Shown: piece after piece, positions 33,687-35,208 of the stretch
Numbering within the stretch: the first letter of the stretch is position 1
Layout: the number at the start of each line of letters is the position of its first letter
Assembly: GCA_025357995.1 (NCBI GenBank)
Contig: JANYLF010000068.1
Span: 1-35,208, forward strand
Length of the DNA: 35,208 nt
Origin: Acidimicrobiia bacterium
GTDB lineage: Bacteria > Actinomycetota > Acidimicrobiia > IMCC26256 > JAENVU01
Direction: 5' to 3'
Program-made: the position numbers and the translations under genes
Notes under the pieces: generated by a model
Database searches by the model: none
What the model was told of the DNA's origin: nothing
The model's input: only the letters and a program-made list of their open reading frames with translations

Positions 33687-34022
33687 CTACCGACTACCGG
33701 CGAGCCGTTGAGCGAACGGTGCTTCCGTCTCATTCACCGATCGTCGGATCAGCGTCGAGATCGACCAACGAGGATCGGAACGGAGCGCGGTCTCGATGCG
33801 CTTCTCGACCTCCTTCCGATCGGCGGCCGGGACGACCACAATCGTCCGCATCCGCGACGGAACCGATTCGTCGTCGAGCGCGTTGTTGTGCGGCCAGCGA
33901 CACGGTCCGTCGTTCTCCCAATGACCGCAGAGCGCCGTCGTGACGGCACCACCCAGCGCACGCGGATCCTCTCCCTCGCGCAACGTGAGCTCCACCTCGA
34001 ACACCATCGCCTCGTCCACCAT
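33687..34022 (-). CDS. Hypothetical small protein with a C-x-H-x6-C-x3-H motif
   Basis: 111 aa from the ATG at 34022, which shares one base with the upstream TGA (TGATG). Motif ALCGHWENDGPCRWPHN at 33888-33929. Confidence 0.5.
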   Translation of the reverse strand: MVDEAMVFEVELTLREGEDPRALGGAVTTALCGHWENDGPCRWPHNNALDDESVPSRMRTIVVVPAADRKEVEKRIETALRSDPRWSISTLIRRSVNETEAPFAQRLAGSR

Positions 34023-34471
34023 CAGGACGAGACGAACTGTCGGTACGCAGTCCACGCCGGATCGGTTTTGGCACTGATCTGAACTTCGTGGCCGACGACG
34101 AGTTCGTGAATCCTCGTATCAAAGTCCGCGATCCAATCCGGCGTGGGTGTGTAGAGAAGGAATTCGCGCATTGACTGCGTCGTGATCACACCAACGAGCG
34201 CGGCATGATCGACGATCGCCGTCAAGATCAGCTCTTCAATCGCCGCCAACTCATCCAGCTCCTCCGCGCTCGGCAGTCCACGATCGTCGGGATCGTTGAG
34301 CGGGACTGCAACCCCGACCCGGATCGCATACCGCGTGCGATCGTTCGCGTCTCCAATCGCAATGTTGAACCGTGTGTACATCGGATGACCATCGTGGACG
34401 CCCTCGTAGACGTGCCACGCGGATTCGACAGCTGCCTGCATCACTGTCTGGGGGTTCCGCCTCCGAAACAT
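34022..34471 (-). CDS. DUF695-like protein
   Basis: 149 aa. Pattern HVYEGVHDGHPMYTRFN...VGVAVPLNDPDDRGLPSAEELDELAAIEELI...VGVITTQSMREFLLY resembles DUF695 (from memory). Confidence 0.5.
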   Translation of the reverse strand: MFRRRNPQTVMQAAVESAWHVYEGVHDGHPMYTRFNIAIGDANDRTRYAIRVGVAVPLNDPDDRGLPSAEELDELAAIEELILTAIVDHAALVGVITTQSMREFLLYTPTPDWIADFDTRIHELVVGHEVQISAKTDPAWTAYRQFVSS

Positions 34472-34527
34472 GGAAGAATACTGGCATCAGAACCGCTGGG
34501 TCGATGCCGATCGAGCCGCGCGAGTTT

Positions 34528-34563
34528 CTCGGCTGGCGGTTCTCACAAGGAATGCCAGCCGAG
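34528..34563 (-). terminator. Perfect 10-bp inverted repeat (CTCGGCTGGC / GCCAGCCGAG, 16-nt loop) just downstream of the methyltransferase stop; possible intrinsic terminator or attenuator, no U-tract
   Basis: Arms at 34528-34537 and 34554-34563, read directly. The methyltransferase stop codon is at 34572-34574 (minus strand). Confidence 0.35.
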
Positions 34564-34571
34564 GAGCTACG

Positions 34572-35198
34572 TCAGAGCGCCCGAGCGAGCACATAGAGAC
34601 GGTCGCCTTGATGCTCATGTTCGAGGGGCGCGCGATCGTGAACGGCTTCGACGAGCAACGACGCGCCCAGGCAGTACTGCTCCAGCTCCGTGGCCGCGTA
34701 ACGGGTGGCTCGTATCTCAGGCGCAGGCTGAAACTCACCCTCACCCGCGTGCACTGCAAGCAGTAGGACACCTCCGGGCGCGAGCACGCGTCGGAACTCC
34801 TCCATGACGGCGCACAGCTCGGATCGTGGCAGATGCTGCAACACGTAGAAGACCACGATCCCGGCAATCGAGCCCGTACGCATCGCGAGATATCGAATGT
34901 CCGACGCGGCCAACGGCAGATTTGGCATCCGCCTTCGGGCTACTGCGAGCATTGCTGGTGCGAAGTCGATGCCGACGCAATCAACGCCGCGCTCCACGAG
35001 GTACTCGGAAAGCTGCGCTGGTCCACAACCGAGGTCGAGCACCAATCCGCGACCGGCGCAACGATCGGCGATGACATCCAGCAGCACGCGATCCAGCTCG
35101 AGCTCCGCGAGATCGTCACCGAACTTTGCCGCGTAGTCCTTCGCGGCCAATTCATAGGCCGTCCGGATCGTCTGAGGGTCGAACCCCTGCCCGGCCAC
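34572..35198 (-). CDS. Class I SAM-dependent methyltransferase
   Basis: Motif I VLDLGCGPAQ, post-I VGIDFAPAML, motif II-like IAGIVVFYVLQHL; 208 aa; GTG start. Confidence 0.8.
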   Translation of the reverse strand: MAGQGFDPQTIRTAYELAAKDYAAKFGDDLAELELDRVLLDVIADRCAGRGLVLDLGCGPAQLSEYLVERGVDCVGIDFAPAMLAVARRRMPNLPLAASDIRYLAMRTGSIAGIVVFYVLQHLPRSELCAVMEEFRRVLAPGGVLLLAVHAGEGEFQPAPEIRATRYAATELEQYCLGASLLVEAVHDRAPLEHEHQGDRLYVLARAL

Positions 35199-35208
35199 GC
35201 CATGAGAT

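Noticed and set aside
1-35208. CRISPR arrays, tRNA/rRNA genes, IS elements, integrases, phage or known defence-system genes
   Set aside because: No direct-repeat/spacer periodicity was seen. No intergenic gap is at least 72 nt long except 11927-12021, 27155-27228, 28246-28400 and 34472-34571, and none of these folds as a tRNA by inspection. No ORF has transposase, recombinase, nuclease or ATPase-type defence hallmarks.

Overview
High-GC (about two-thirds to 70% G+C from hand counts), almost fully coding chromosomal segment. It looks like an Actinomycetota-type genome: many GTG starts, frequent start/stop codon overlaps, an LLM/F420-type oxidoreductase, a mycothiol-type DinB protein, and very short divergent intergenic regions with TANNNT hexamers. 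I support about 40 protein-coding genes. I found no rRNA, tRNA, CRISPR array, transposase or integrase, and no intergenic gap is long enough for one apart from two promoter regions. All family calls come from motifs read by eye, with no database search. Layout: (1) 1-5522, five translationally coupled genes (ABC importer, cytosolic M14 carboxypeptidase, Gfo/Idh/MocA oxidoreductase). (2) 7690-11926, minus-strand string msrB, Leu/Val-type dehydrogenase, cupin, class-III aminotransferase, two-domain VOC protein. (3) 12022-14461, OmpR-type response regulator, intramembrane-type histidine kinase and a stand-alone ribB, all coupled by overlapping codons. (4) ArsR/SRPBCC/DinB, YhhN, YihY, pdxH and CoA-transferase housekeeping-like genes. 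(5) 23733-28245, minus-strand membrane cluster: UbiA prenyltransferase, GT28/MGDG-synthase-like glycosyltransferase with a TM helix and a degenerate NodB-like C-terminal domain, an intact NodB deacetylase, and a DMT transporter. (6) 28401-31981, the most unusual locus: two overlapping genes that each start with a complete Rieske [2Fe-2S] module. One is fused to a glutamate-synthase FMN/[3Fe-4S] domain and the other to a pyruvate-oxidase-like ThDP enzyme. (7) 31988-35198, RidA, TMD-only CDF, FMN reductase, a small CxH/CxxxH protein coupled to a DUF695-like protein, and a SAM methyltransferase, in a stretch of somewhat lower GC.
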